This document shows positions 1 to 11,454 of a DNA stretch of 35,251 nucleotides, piece by piece. The stretch is from assembly GCF_004010195.1 (NCBI RefSeq), contig NC_057754.1:10591659-10626909 (forward strand), read 5' to 3'. The stretch comes from Chiloscyllium plagiosum. Lineage: Eukaryota. The position numbers and the translations under genes were made by a program. Position 1 is the stretch's first letter. Every line of letters begins with the position of its first letter. The notes beneath the pieces are model-generated. The model was not told the DNA's origin, made no database searches, and worked only from the letters and a program-made list of their open reading frames with translations.

Positions 1-213
1 AGGGGTAGGTTCTTCACTCAGTGAGTCGTAAGTTCATGGAATGCCCTGCCAGTAGCAGTGGTGGACTCTCCCTCTTTATGGGCATTTAAGCGGGCATTGG
101 ATAGGTATATGGAGGATAGTGGGTTAGTATAGGTTAGGTGGGCTTGGATCGGCGCAACATCGAGGGCCAAAGGGCCTGTACTGCGCTGTATTCTTCTATG
201 TTCTATGTTCTAT
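1..213 (+). mobile_element. CR1-type LINE 3' end, runs off the left edge
   Basis: Translates RGRFFTQ*VVSSWNALPVAVVDSPSLWAFKRALDRYM (CR1 ORF2 C-terminus); 3'UTR 'gggccaaagggcctgtactgcgctgta' and (TTCTATG)n tail. Confidence 0.85.
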
Positions 214-221
214 TCTTTTCA

Positions 222-1213
222 AAATGGAGGGTTGTGACTAGTAGCATTCTACAGAGATCAGTGTGAGAACTCTGCTTTTTGTGGTTTACAAAACAGATTT
301 GGAGGAAAACGTAGCTGGTCTAATTAGTAAGTTTGCAGAAGACATAAGGATTGGTTGAGTTGTGGATAGTGAGGAGGATTGTCAGGGGATACAGCAAGAT
401 ATAGATCAATTGGAGGCATGGGCAGAAAATGTGCAAATAAAATTTTATCCAGACAAATGTGAGGGGATGCATTTTGAAAGGTTAAGTACAATTGGAAATC
501 ATGCATTGAATGGCAGAACTCATAGCCGAGGAATCTGGGTGTGCACATCCACAGATCACTGAAGGTGCTGGTGCAGGTAGATAAGGTATTAAAAAAAAGG
601 CCTGTTGCATGTGTCTTCGTTGGAAGGTGCATTGAGTATAAGGATAGGCAAGTTATGTTGCAGCGTTATTGAACATTAGCTCAGCCACACTAGGAATATT
701 GTGTACAATTCTGGTCACCACACCTACCAGAAGAATGTGAATACTGTGGAGAGGCTAGCTTACCAGGATGTTGCCTGGTATGGGGGACTTTAGCTTTCAA
801 GAAAGCTTGGATAGACTGGGTTTGTTTTCACTGGAACATAGGAGGTTGAGGAGCGTCTGGTTAAAGCTTAAAAGATTGTGAACGGCATGGATAGAGTGAA
901 ACGTATTAGGCCTTTTATCCCCAGGGTGGAGGGGGACACAGGTTCAAGGTGCAGGGAGTTTAAAGGAGATGTGTGCGGCAAAGTTTTCACACAAAGGGTG
1001 GTGAGTGCCTGGAATGCAGTGCCAGAGGAAGTGCTGGAAGCAGATTCAATATCAACATTCAAGAAGTACATGGATGAATTCATGAAGACGAACGTTATAG
1101 AGGGATATGGAACCTGTTAATGAAGGCAATTTTAGTATTGAAGGGCAAAATCTGTCAACGTAGGCTTGGAGGGCCAAAGGGCCTGTTCCTGTGTTGTACT
1201 TTTCTTTGTTCTA
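222..1213 (+). mobile_element. Older degenerate CR1 LINE, RT to 3' end
   Basis: ISKFAEDIRIG (decayed FADD), 'QQDIDQLEAWAE..KCE', 'FTQRVVSAWNAVPEEV..FKKYMDEFM'; 3'UTR 'gggccaaagggcctgttcctgtgttgtac'. Confidence 0.85.
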
Positions 1214-1216
1214 TAA

Positions 1217-1278
1217 CTGGTCGGCATGGACAAGTTGACCCAAAAGGTTTTTTTCCATGCTGTACATCTCTATGACTT
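1217..1278 (+). mobile_element. Extreme 3' tip of a CR1 LINE
   Basis: Matches 7271-7336 ('ctggtcggcatgga...tttccatgctgtacatctctatgact'). Confidence 0.7.
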
Positions 1279-1894
1279 GAGTCTTCCCACCAGTCCCCCA
1301 CATATATTTCCCCTGAAGATGCTGGCTCTGAGTGATTTAAATTTCACTTTTACTGTTTTCTTCTCTGTGTCCGATAGTCAATATTCGATTTTATGGAATG
1401 GTAAAGCACAGATGGGAACCATTCAGCCCATCACGTCTGTGCGAACTCTTTGAAAGTTCCATCTAATTCATTCCACAGCCTTCTGTCAAAATATGGACTA
1501 TCTAATGTCATAAGGCAAGAGGTGGATGGAAAGGTTTTCCCTTTGGTTACTTACATTAATTGAACCTGTGGATTGATCAATAACTCCATGTACTCAACAT
1601 ATATGAAGTACTCACATTGTTAGTTAAGCACACAGTACTTCAAAGTTCAATTCAATAAATCTGCACATCTCATATCCTATCATGGCATCATTAATGTGAG
1701 GCCAATTTAACATGAAATAATGTAATAGCAGAAAATTTCACATTTGCACATCTCCAAACACTGAAACACAAGTCAGATGATTGACAGTTTTCAGCGATCT
1801 GGAGAAACAGCTGTGAAGGAAGCACTCATGAAAAGACCTGATCATCTGGTCAAGACCACTGCCTTGCTTGCTGCCTACATCAGTAAACTAAGTA

Positions 1895-2019
1895 AAAACC
1901 AAAAGAACTGTGGATGCTGGAAATCAAAAACAAAGACAGAAATTGCTGGATAAGCTCAGTAGGTCTGGCAGCATCTGTGGAGAGAAATTCAAGTTAACAC
2001 GGACCATGGCCCTTCCTCA
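1895..2019 (-). mobile_element. Penelope-like terminal (pLTR) fragment, hammerhead decayed
   Basis: Reverse complement matches 7425-7517 and 31281-31368; the hammerhead GAAA is lost. Confidence 0.6.
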
Positions 2020-2631
2020 TGTTATAGACCAGACCCTCTCAAAACACTTCAAGAAAGTAGCCTGGACCCTAACTTTGATCGTTGTTTTACGCCGGTGTAG
2101 ACTGGGCACTCCAGGAGTGATGCAACTGGCCCAACCACTTAGTTTTAAACAAAATAGAATTTATTTGCAAGATTACCAAATGAAACACAAACAAAAGAGA
2201 GCAGAATATGGAATAACCTTAATCTATCCAAAAGCCCAACAGATTATCTGAACTTAATGATGGTGTGCCAAATACTTTCACAATTCCCTTGGCAAAAAAA
2301 AAGGTAAAATCAAACATAGGGTTTTACGAGAGAGATGTCAGAGAGAGGGAGGATCAGCATGGACCTGCTTCTTTGGATCCAGCAGCTACACAACTGACTG
2401 CTTGCTAAAAAACAAACCAGAGCGAAAGCTGAGCTGGGAGAACTGGCCACTCCCCTTTCATTGTACAAGAGGTTTTTAAACTTGAAAGCCTTTGCCTGAA
2501 GCAGTCGGTTAGCTATATTAAAATTGGCCCTAAAACCCTTCAAACCTAGACCTCCCAGTCTCTGTGTTTATAACCCATCTGAAAAGAAAACAAGAACAAC
2601 ACCACTTTGTTAATCAAGCAGCATCATTACC
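2020..2631 (-). mobile_element. Probable solo LTR (~610 bp)
   Basis: Begins TGTTAT, ends ...CATTAC(C); imperfect CTCA/CTCC flanks; AATAAA on minus near 2160 and TATA-like on minus near 2514; abuts and truncates the PLE fragment. Confidence 0.5.
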
Positions 2632-2891
2632 CTCCGTGCTGCATTTTCTGTTTTTGTTTCATCACCAAACTCTCCACTCCTGATCACTCTACATCACAGC
2701 TCAAGACAATTCCGCCAACTCAGACTGTTCCTCCCACTCCCTATCACTACTCATCAGACTCATGACTCTCTAGTTTCTCCCAACCTCCAACAAACATCAG
2801 CATCTTCCCTGCTGCAGGCAGTAGAAAGGCGTTGCCCACTTCAACACACCAGGGACAACCATCCACTCCTATTACACTAACTGGTTCATGG

Positions 2892-3565
2892 GTTAAAAAA
2901 AAAATCACACAACACCAGGTTATAGTCCAACAGGTTTAATTGGAAGCACTAGTTTTCGGAGTGCTGCTCCTTCATCAGGTGGTTGTGGAGTACACGATTG
3001 TAAGACACTGAATTTATAGCAAGTTTACAGTGTGATGTAACTGAAATTATACATTTAAAAATACCTTGATTGTTTGTTAAGTCTCTCATCTATTAGAATG
3101 ACCATGTTAGTTTCATATAGATTGCAAAACCTTTTTTAAAAAGTTACATTCTCAAGTGAACTTTAACAATTGGTGCCAGCCCGAATAATGCATTGAAGGA
3201 TTTAGTCCCTTGCTAACACCTTCAATGCATTATCTGGGCTGGCACCAATTGTTAAAGTTCACTTGAGAATGTAATTTTTAAAAAAGGTTTTGCGACTTAC
3301 ATATGAAAGAAATGAAACTAACATGGTCATACTAACAGATGAGAGACTTAACAATCAAGGTATTTTTCAATGTATAATTTCATTTACATCACACTGTAAA
3401 CTTTTGCTATAAATTCTGTCTTACAATCGTGTACTCCACAGCCACCTGAAGGAGCGGCGCCCCAAAACTTAGTGCTTCCAATTAAACCTGTTGGACTATA
3501 ACCTGGTGTTGTGTGATTTTTAACTTTGTACACCCCAGTCCAACACCGGCATCTCCAAATCATGA
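2892..3565. mobile_element. Penelope-like fold-back insertion (inverted pLTR arms plus 40-nt tail)
   Basis: 2892-3199 is the reverse complement of 3219-3524 with a 19-nt spacer; unpaired tail 3525-3564; TTCATGG direct repeat at 2885-2891 and 3566-3572; hammerhead motif in each arm. Confidence 0.85.
2947..2981 (-). ncRNA. Minimal type I hammerhead ribozyme motif, core intact
   Basis: cac-CUGAUGA-a-ggag(cagca)cucc-GAAA-ac-UA-gug; helix I cac/gug, helix II ggag/cucc. Confidence 0.7.
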
Positions 3566-3879
3566 TTCATGGAGTTGAAGTAAAATCAAAACTATTGCTA
3601 ACAGGAGCTAAGCTGCAAGATCAAATAATAAAGTCCACATGATAAAATTAAAGATCAAAGCTACAACAGTATGTGGTCATTTGGGGACAGGCAATAAATG
3701 CTGGGCTAGCCAGAAAGACCCAAATCCACTGAAATCAAGAAAAATAGTATATTTGCCTGAAAACATCTTCGTAACTCTTGTCCTTTACGTTGGCATTATT
3801 TCCATTATGTTTTGTTTCGACTTATATTGAAGACCATACTCACTCCACTCACCTCATTGCCAACAATCTCAGCAATGGC

Positions 3880-4180
3880 ACATAGAGGGCACCGGAGACT
3901 ACCGCGCAGGCGTAGTACCGCTTCGAGTTTGGGCCATGCGCAGTGACAGTGATAACAACGAGCCAGAGAGGCTGCATGACCGCGGAGGGAGCGCCGGAGC
4001 CGGTGAGAGGGCGGAAAGTGTTTATAAACATTTATTAAGTACCCCAAATTTTGACTAATAATCTGCATGTCCAGTTTGTATATGCCTGGGGCAATTATCC
4101 GGGTTCAGATGCCAACTTGGCACCGCCGGGAGTTGAGCGCATGCGTAGTTAGCCTTGGGTTGGCAAGGTGGGTGGGGCTT
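3880..4180 (+). promoter_or_regulatory. CpG-rich promoter-like block, likely of the downstream ZNF (pseudo)gene
   Basis: Local CpG enrichment; NRF1-like GCGCAGGCGT 3904-3913, CATGCGCA 3935-3942, GCGCATGCGT 4137-4146; GGGCGG 4009-4014; candidate donor CG|GTGAGA at 4003. Confidence 0.6.
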
Positions 4181-4304
4181 CAGGGCCTCCAGGCAGTGGT
4201 ACTGATCAGTGTGAGAGAGGCTGGAACACTGCAGAGTTACCTAAAAGGTCGTCTTAACGATTACTGACATTGTGGTCTCATATTTCTGATCTTTGAATGC
4301 GTAG

Positions 4305-4603
4305 TGAATTTGAATTTGAATTTGAATTTAAATTATTGTCACGTATACTGAGCACAGTGAAAAGCTTTGCCTTGCGAGTAATACAGGCAGATCACACAGT
4401 CAAATAGCATAGATAAGCAAATAATAGGAAAACAGTGGCAAAAACACAGGTACAGGCGAAGCTAAGAGCTTGTGAGTCCATTCAGTATTCTAACAACAGT
4501 AGGGTAGAAACTGTTTTGAAACCAGCTGGTGCGTGTGTTCAGGCTTCTGCACCTTCTCCCCGATGGTAGAGATTGTAGAAAAGTATTGCCAGGGTGAGAT
4601 GGA
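4305..4603 (-). mobile_element. Rex1/Babar-type LINE 3' end
   Basis: Minus strand reads LPSGRRCRSLNTRTSWFQNSFYPTVVRILNG, typical of the Rex1/Babar C-terminus; (AATTCA)n tail at 4305-4330. Confidence 0.75.
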
Positions 4604-5238
4604 TTTTTGTTTGGTGGAAGGAGAGGTCATTAAATAAAGTAGGACGGTTGGGTAAATCAGAAGATTTCTATTTGGATTTGCTTGTGCTTATACTGTGATT
4701 TGTAGGGCTTAGATAAACAGGACCCTTTGGTGAATTGTGGGTTTTGGGTGTTTGAGTAGGGAGGGTCGCCAGAGCTGAAATTAAGAAATAGATGCAGAAT
4801 TATGTCATAAGGCCAAACAAACCTGCTTCGTGACACATTAAGATTTGATTTGATTTTGGATTCTCCCATGATACTCCCTTTGTCTAGGCAGTCCTGGCGA
4901 GGGAAAACACAACATCCCTGGTAAGTTGTGCCTGCCACAACTAGTGAGTATCTTGAAATACAAACTGTTCCGTTAACACAGAAAGCTGGTGTTTATTAGA
5001 AAGGTTCCTTAGCTTAGCGTGTAGACTTTGTTGCAGAATTTGGCTTTTTTTAGTGTGCTTAAATCATATATTTTGGGGAACAAGAGAGGAATGAATATTT
5101 CAAAGAAACTCAAAGTGTCTGTTGTGATGTTCAGTGTGAGCTGAATGTTATCCCAACACTGTCATCTTTTTGAAAATGAGATTGTGAATCACGTTGAGAT
5201 TCGATTAAATTGAGTGAATCATTAGGAGAGAAATATCA

Positions 5239-6025
5239 TTGAATGTAGAAGGAGAAATGGGTTGGGAAAAGATTTCAAACAGTAGTATGACTTGAACCGC
5301 ATACATGCCCAAGAGAGTGTATTCCAGTGAACTGGCTGTGGAAGGTCCAGTTACACTGCCTGCAAAACATTACTTTGTGGATGTGATAACAACTGATCAG
5401 ATAAGTTGGACAGACACAAGGACACCTACACCACAGGGAAACCATGGAAGTATATGTCCTATGGGAATGCATTCAAGTGTCCATCTGTGTTGGGAATTCA
5501 TCATTGCATTCATACTGGGAGGAGACATTTCACCTGCACTGAGCCTGGGACTGGATTTTCTCATTTATCCAATTTTTTTGAGAAACTACTTTGTCCACTC
5601 TGATGCAAGAATGTTTAAACGTTTGGACTGTGATATGAACTTTAAAAACAGTAATGACCTGCAGAAACGCCAATGCATTCAGACTAGAGAGAAGCCATTT
5701 AGCTGTTGGCTTAGTGGAAAGGGATTCACTTGTTCATCTAATTTCCTGAAACACCAATGAACTCACACTGGGGAGGGGCCATTTTCCTGCAGTGCGCACA
5801 TGAAAGGGTTCACTGCACCATTCACCCAGCTGCTGCACCAGCAAGTTCATACTGCATAGAAGCTCCATTTACCCGCTCCCAAGTGTGGGAACGGATTCTC
5901 TCAAACTTTCGCCCTTCAGATACACCAGTGAGTTCACACCGTGAGAGGCCATTCACTAGCCGATATGTAGAAAGAGGTACACTCGGTCATCCCACCTTCT
6001 CGGGCACCAGATAGATCACGACTGA
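5239..6025 (+). pseudogene. C2H2 zinc-finger pseudogene
   Basis: Finger and linker remnants in shifting frames ([64 protein letters not shown]); lost Cys residues, stops, frameshifts. Confidence 0.85.
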
Positions 6026-6772
6026 CTGCAGGGATTGGATTCTGCTATTCTTGCTACTGATAATCGCATCCAGGACTGAATGTGTGGGTTAATTCTGAGA
6101 AGTGTAAGGAAAGTGTCCCAGCCTGACTATTGCATGGCTCTGAGGTTCTAGACACAGGAGAGAAGGCTCCTTTATGACTGTGTTCAGAGTCGCACAGGAT
6201 GACACGTCCTTGTTAGATGGGCTGTTCTGAGACCCCTCAGTCTCACTCAAGTGAGACACCCCTCTGCCTCTTCTAAACTTCAGTGCATTCAAGGCCGGTT
6301 TGTTCATCTTTTCTTCATAAAACAGCCATCCCATTACTGTCATTTGTTTGGCAAAACTTCTCTGAACTGTTACCTTCAGGTCTGAAAATAACTAGTAATT
6401 TTGGTGCAAAGATTTCAAATGTTTCTGTGACCTTCCTGAGATGACCACTGTCATGTCACAACAACGGTGTGCATTTATACAGAACAGTGAAACCTCTCAA
6501 GATTCTTCATAGTTCATCAAAAGCTTGGCCAAAGATTTTAAAATACCTTGAAAGACAACGTGGGGCTTGGCAATTGAAAGCACAGCTACTGATGGCAGAG
6601 TGACGAAGGTGAGGGATATGGAAGTGGTCAGAAATAAAGGAGCACAGGGTGCTTGGATGCTGGAGAAAAGCTGCCTGTATGGAACTTCAAGCATGACTCT
6701 GAAATGGATTCATTCAGGTCATGTGCAGGACATATCTGCTGCCTTAAACAGAATAACAGATAGTGAGGACTC

Positions 6773-7089
6773 TGAGGCTGGAGGAGATTACAGACATAGG
6801 AAGGATTGAGAGGCTGGAGGGGATTACAGAGACAGGGAGGTGGTGACTCGAGGAAGTTGTAGAGATAGGGAGGATTGAGGCTGGAGATTATAGAAATAGG
6901 GAGGGCTGAGAGACTGGATGAGATTACAGTGAGAGGGAAGGTGGTAGGAGCTGGAGGAGGTTACAGAGACAGAGGATTGTGATATTAGATGAGATTACAG
7001 AGAAAGGGAGTTTTCTTGGGAGGAAGTTATGGAGTTCAGGAGGTTTGTGAGGAAGGAGATGATTGTAAAGGTAGTGATGTTTGTGGAGA
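6773..7089 (+). repeat. Degenerate purine-rich minisatellite (~33-36 bp unit)
   Basis: Repeats of GAGGCTGGAGGAGATTACAGAGATAGGGAGGATT(GT). Confidence 0.8.
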
Positions 7090-7336
7090 CCTAAGGGGCA
7101 ACTTTTTCACACAGAGGATGGTATGGGTATTGAATGAGCTGCCAGAGGAAGTAGTGAAGGCTGGTACAATTGCAACATTTAAGAGGCATTTGGATGGGTA
7201 TATGAATAGGAAGGGTTTGGAGGGATATGGGCCGGGTGCTGGCAGGTGGGACTAGATTGGATTGAGATATCTGGTCGGCATGGATGGGTTGGACCGAAGG
7301 GTCTGTTTCCATGCTGTACATCTCTATGACTCTATG
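7090..7336 (+). mobile_element. CR1 (HER1-like) LINE 3' end
   Basis: LRGNFFTQRMVWVLNELPEEVVKAGTIATFKRHLDGYMNRKGLEGYG*; (CTATGACT) tail. Confidence 0.9.
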
Positions 7337-7424
7337 CTGGAAGAATTTACAGAGGCAGTGAAACTTATAGAGTCATTGAATTATACAGTACAGAAACAGA
7401 ACCATCAGTTCACCTTGAGTCCAA

Positions 7425-7517
7425 GTTCTGAGGAAGGGTCACTCGTACTGAAATGTTAACGCTGATTTCTCTCCAAAGATAATGCCAGACCTGCTGAGCT
7501 TTTTCAGCAATTTCTGT
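7425..7517 (+). mobile_element. Penelope-like terminal fragment with degenerate hammerhead
   Basis: gtt-CTGAGGA-agggtcactcgtact-GAAA-tg-TT-aac followed by the family tail 'gccagacctgctgagc..cagcaatttctg'. Confidence 0.65.
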
Positions 7518-7534
7518 CCAACTTGCTTGCTTGC

Positions 7535-7969
7535 TTCAGTCCAACTTGTTTGCACCGATCAGATATCCCAATTTGACCTAGTCCTTTTGCCAGCATGTGG
7601 CCCATGTTGCTCTGAATCCTTCCTATTCATATATCCATTCAGATGCCTTTTACATAGAGTCATAGAGCCATAAAGATGTACAGCACGGAAACAGACCCTT
7701 CGGTCCAACCCGTCCATGCCGACCAGATATCCCAGTCCAATCTAGTCCCACCTACCAGCACCCGGCCCATATTCCTCCAAACCCTTCCTATTCATATACC
7801 CATCCAAATGCCTCTTAAATGTTGCAATTGTACCAGCTTCCACCACATCCTCTGGCAGCTCATTCCATACACGTACTACCCTCTGCGTGAAAAAGCTGCT
7901 CCTTAGGTCTCTTTTATATCTTTCCCCTCTCACCCTAAACCTATGCCCTCTAGTTCTGGACTCCCCGAC
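7535..7969 (-). mobile_element. CR1 3' ends (older fragment to ~7650, younger copy 7653-7969 running into the gap)
   Basis: Minus ORF RGERYKRDLRSSFFTQRVVRVWNELPEDVV...; tail 'catagagtcatagag'. Confidence 0.9.
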
Positions 7970-8831
7970 NNNNNNNNNNNNNNNNNNNNNNNNNNNNNNN
8001 NNNNNNNNNNNNNNNNNNNNNNNNNNNNNNNNNNNNNNNNNNNNNNNNNNNNNNNNNNNNNNNNNNNNNNNNNNNNNNNNNNNNNNNNNNNNNNNNNNNN
8101 NNNNNNNNNNNNNNNNNNNNNNNNNNNNNNNNNNNNNNNNNNNNNNNNNNNNNNNNNNNNNNNNNNNNNNNNNNNNNNNNNNNNNNNNNNNNNNNNNNNN
8201 NNNNNNNNNNNNNNNNNNNNNNNNNNNNNNNNNNNNNNNNNNNNNNNNNNNNNNNNNNNNNNNNNNNNNNNNNNNNNNNNNNNNNNNNNNNNNNNNNNNN
8301 NNNNNNNNNNNNNNNNNNNNNNNNNNNNNNNNNNNNNNNNNNNNNNNNNNNNNNNNNNNNNNNNNNNNNNNNNNNNNNNNNNNNNNNNNNNNNNNNNNNN
8401 NNNNNNNNNNNNNNNNNNNNNNNNNNNNNNNNNNNNNNNNNNNNNNNNNNNNNNNNNNNNNNNNNNNNNNNNNNNNNNNNNNNNNNNNNNNNNNNNNNNN
8501 NNNNNNNNNNNNNNNNNNNNNNNNNNNNNNNNNNNNNNNNNNNNNNNNNNNNNNNNNNNNNNNNNNNNNNNNNNNNNNNNNNNNNNNNNNNNNNNNNNNN
8601 NNNNNNNNNNNNNNNNNNNNNNNNNNNNNNNNNNNNNNNNNNNNNNNNNNNNNNNNNNNNNNNNNNNNNNNNNNNNNNNNNNNNNNNNNNNNNNNNNNNN
8701 NNNNNNNNNNNNNNNNNNNNNNNNNNNNNNNNNNNNNNNNNNNNNNNNNNNNNNNNNNNNNNNNNNNNNNNNNNNNNNNNNNNNNNNNNNNNNNNNNNNN
8801 NNNNNNNNNNNNNNNNNNNNNNNNNNNNNNN
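7970..8831. other. Assembly gap (862 N)
   Basis: Run of N. Confidence 1.
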
Positions 8832-9110
8832 TGTGTGTGTGTGAGTGTAAAGGGGTCTCAGTTTGTGAGAGGGTGCATGTGTGAGTGTGGGTGGCTGTGG
8901 GAATTTGTGAGAGTGTCTGTGTACAGGAGTGTGTATGTGTATGTATAGTGCAATGGTGGGCACCTATAGTGTGACATGAACCCAAGGTCCCGGTTGAGGC
9001 CCTCCCTTTGGGTACCGAACTTAACTATCAGCCTCTGCTTGGCCACTTTTTGCTGCTGCCTGTCCCGAAGTCCGCCTTGGAGGATGGTCAACCGAAGGTC
9101 CAAGGTCGAA
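8832..9110 (-). mobile_element. Penelope-like element fragment: GIY-YIG endonuclease C-terminus plus CA-rich 3' region
   Basis: Minus strand DLRLTILQGGLRDRQQQKVAKQRLIVKFGTQREGLNRDLGFMSHYR; the 'LI.KF.T...GLN' ending is characteristic of PLE endonucleases. Confidence 0.8.
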
Positions 9111-9960
9111 TGTCCTTTTAAATGTTGTAATTGTACCAACCTACACCACATTCTTTGGCAACTTTTGTTCTGTACATGCATCACCTTCTGAATGAAAAAG
9201 TTGCTCTGAGGTCCCTTTTAAATTATTCCCCACTCATCTTATACCAACACTGTCTAATTTTGAATCCCCTACTGTGGGGAAAATGGCCTTGGTATTCATT
9301 CTATAACCTGGTGTTGTGTGATTTTTAACTTTTTATATACCCCAGTCCAACACTGGCACCTCCAAATCACCCTATCCATGTCCCTCATGATTTAATAAAC
9401 CGCTATAAGGTCACCCTCAGCCTCTGATGCTCCAGGGAAAAAACTCCCAGCCTATTCAGCCTTTCCCGTTACCTCAAACCCTCCAATCCCAGAAACATCA
9501 TTGTAAATCTTTGCTGAGCCTTTTCAAGTTTAACAGCATCTTTTGTATTGCAGGGAAGCCAGAATTTAATGCAGTATTCTAAGCGTTGCTTCACCAATGT
9601 CCTGTACAGTTACAGCATGATCTCCCAACTACTATTCTCAATGCACGGGCAAATGAAGGCAAGCATGCCAAATGCCTTCTCCACCACACTGTCCATCTCC
9701 GACTTCACTTACAATGAACTATGCACCTGCACCCTGGGTCTTTTTGTTCAGCAACAAGCCTTCATGCCTGACAATTAGCTGTATAAGTCATGCCTTGGTT
9801 TCCCTCAGCAAAATGTAACACCTCGCATTTATCTAAATTGAACTCCATCTGCCACTCCTTAGTCCACTAGCCCATCAGATATGAGCCCTGTTGTATTCTG
9901 AGATAACCTTCTTTACTGTGGACTGCAGCACCAATTTTGGTGTCATTTGCAAACTTGCTA
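9111..9960 (-). mobile_element. Degenerate CR1 RT/C-terminal fragment with PLE tail inserted at 9301-9369
   Basis: Collinear with 19660-20450; 'ccaattttggtgtcatttgcaaac' = FAND/FADD on minus; 9301-9369 matches 3496-3562. Confidence 0.85.
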
Positions 9961-9975
9961 CCCTTATCTAGTTCA

Positions 9976-10145
9976 GAGGCTGGAGGAAATTACAGAGGTA
10001 GGGAGAATTGTAAGGCTGGAGGAGATTATAGAGATAGGGAAGATTATGAGGCAGCAGGGGATTACAGACACAGGGAAGATTGTGAGACTGGAGAAGATTA
10101 CAGAGATGCGGGAGATTATAGAGTTTGTGAGACTGCGGGAGATTT
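9976..10145 (+). repeat. Second block of the 36-bp purine-rich minisatellite
   Basis: Units such as GAGGCTGGAGGAAATTACAGAGGTAGGGAGAATTGT; translate as EAGGDYRDREDC-like repeats. Confidence 0.8.
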
Positions 10146-10319
10146 TCATCAAAACAACACTGTGGTGTCCTTACAGCACATGCACTGCACAGTTCAATAA
10201 GGCAGTTCGCCACTGTTTTGTACGAGTCAAATAATGTTGGACAATAAATACTAGTCTGGGCAGCAAACAGCCATTCCATGCATAAATTAAAATGAAGATA
10301 GGTTTTTGTTTTGGGGAGA

Positions 10320-10705
10320 CTTAGCAGAAGCTCAGATAATTCTCCTTGGAGCTGAGAAGGTTAAGCAGTGATTTAATGGAGGTGTAGATTTGTTTCCAGG
10401 ATATTTCATGTGCAGACAGAGAGAGACATTATTAATATTGTCACAATGTTCGGTAACCACAGAACACAGCTTTCAGATAATTGGCAAATAATGCAGGTGA
10501 ACATGTGAAGATTATGTGAATCTGGAAAAATCTAAACATCCGCTGAATGCAGATTTAGCGGTTACTCAAAAAAAGATTTGATACTTAACTTTTTAAGGAA
10601 AGGTTTGCAGGCTTATGGCAAATTTGGGATCGATTTGCAGCGATTCTCGAGTGAGAGGATGCAGCCCTCATGGGCTGAACGGCCACAACCTCTACCCTCT
10701 ATGAT
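10320..10705 (+). mobile_element. Ancient CR1 3' remnant
   Basis: 'ttctccttggagctgagaaggttaagcagtgatttaatggaggtg' (FSLE.RRL..DLMEV) and CR1-like 3'UTR 'gggctgaacggcc'. Confidence 0.55.
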
Positions 10706-10779
10706 GCTGCTCCATTCACTGTGAATGGCCAAGCTCATCCTGGGGCAACAGTAAGGAAGGCTAGGTCTCATGTCACAAA

Positions 10780-11135
10780 GGGCCCCGGCCGACTGACAGC
10801 AGTTGTGGGCCAATAGGAGGAGGAGGAGGCGGGTCCTATGAGCACTCGGGGTGGGGCCAGGCAGGACGGCCCGTGGACGTCTGTGACTCGCGTCTGAGGA
10901 GGTTCGTACCGTTCATGAGGAGATACAGCAGAGATTAGGAGAAAAATGAAGCCAGTCTTGACTGGGCTGTTTTGTAAACAGCAGATGTAAACCTCTAGAA
11001 CCAGATTAGAAACTCTAGGTCCTGCGTTTACAGTAAACGGGAAATCGGCTGCGGGCCTCACGCAGTAACAAGCCCATATTACAGACGCCATCTTTATTGG
11101 GCTACGTTGCAGCAGAGCGCATGCGCTTCGGGCTT
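10780..11135. promoter_or_regulatory. CpG-island promoter, likely of the intact ZNF gene, possibly bidirectional
   Basis: TGACAG 10794-10799, CCAAT 10810-10814, GGCGGG ~10828, YY1-like CGCCATCTT 11086-11094, ATTGG 11096-11100, perfect NRF1 GCGCATGCGC 11117-11126. Confidence 0.65.
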
Positions 11136-11166
11136 GGTGGTTGGGGTTGGGGTTGGGGTTGGGGGT

Positions 11167-11454
11167 TTAGATTAGATTACAGTGTGGAAACAGGCCCTTC
11201 GGCCCAACAAGTCCACACCGCCCTGCCGAAGCCCAACCCACCCATACCCCTACATTTACCCCTTACCTAACATTACGGGCAATTTGGCGTGACCTGCACA
11301 TCTTTGGACTGTGGGAGGAAACCAGAGCACCTGGAGGAAACCCACGCAGACACGGGGAGAACGTGCAAACTCCATACAGTCAGTCGCCTGAGGCGGGAAT
11401 TGAACCCAGGTCTTCTGGCGCTGTGAGGCAGCAGTGCTAGCCACCGTGCCGCCC
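11167..11454 (-). mobile_element. tRNA-derived V-SINE (HE1-like), full length
   Basis: A box TGGCTAGCACTG region, B box GGTTCAATTCC, V-domain 'gagtttgcacgttctccccgtgtctgcgtggg', CR1-like tail with (TCTAA)n. Confidence 0.9.

Noticed and set aside
5305..5760. 151-aa ORF as a functional protein
   Set aside because: Mosaic of out-of-frame and degenerate finger sequence with missing Cys/His ligands
7090..7920. Inverted repeat 7090-7336 vs 7653-7910 as a single fold-back element
   Set aside because: Two independent copies of an abundant CR1 3' end in opposite orientation, each with its own tail
7887..8985. Four long ORFs of 313-353 aa
   Set aside because: Artefacts of translating through the N gap
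9937..10279. Repeat proteins (EAGGDYRDRED) on both strands
   Set aside because: Open frames arise from a 36-bp minisatellite; no real start or splice support
11141..11165. Interstitial telomere
   Set aside because: Unit is TTGGGG, not vertebrate TTAGGG, and only about four copies
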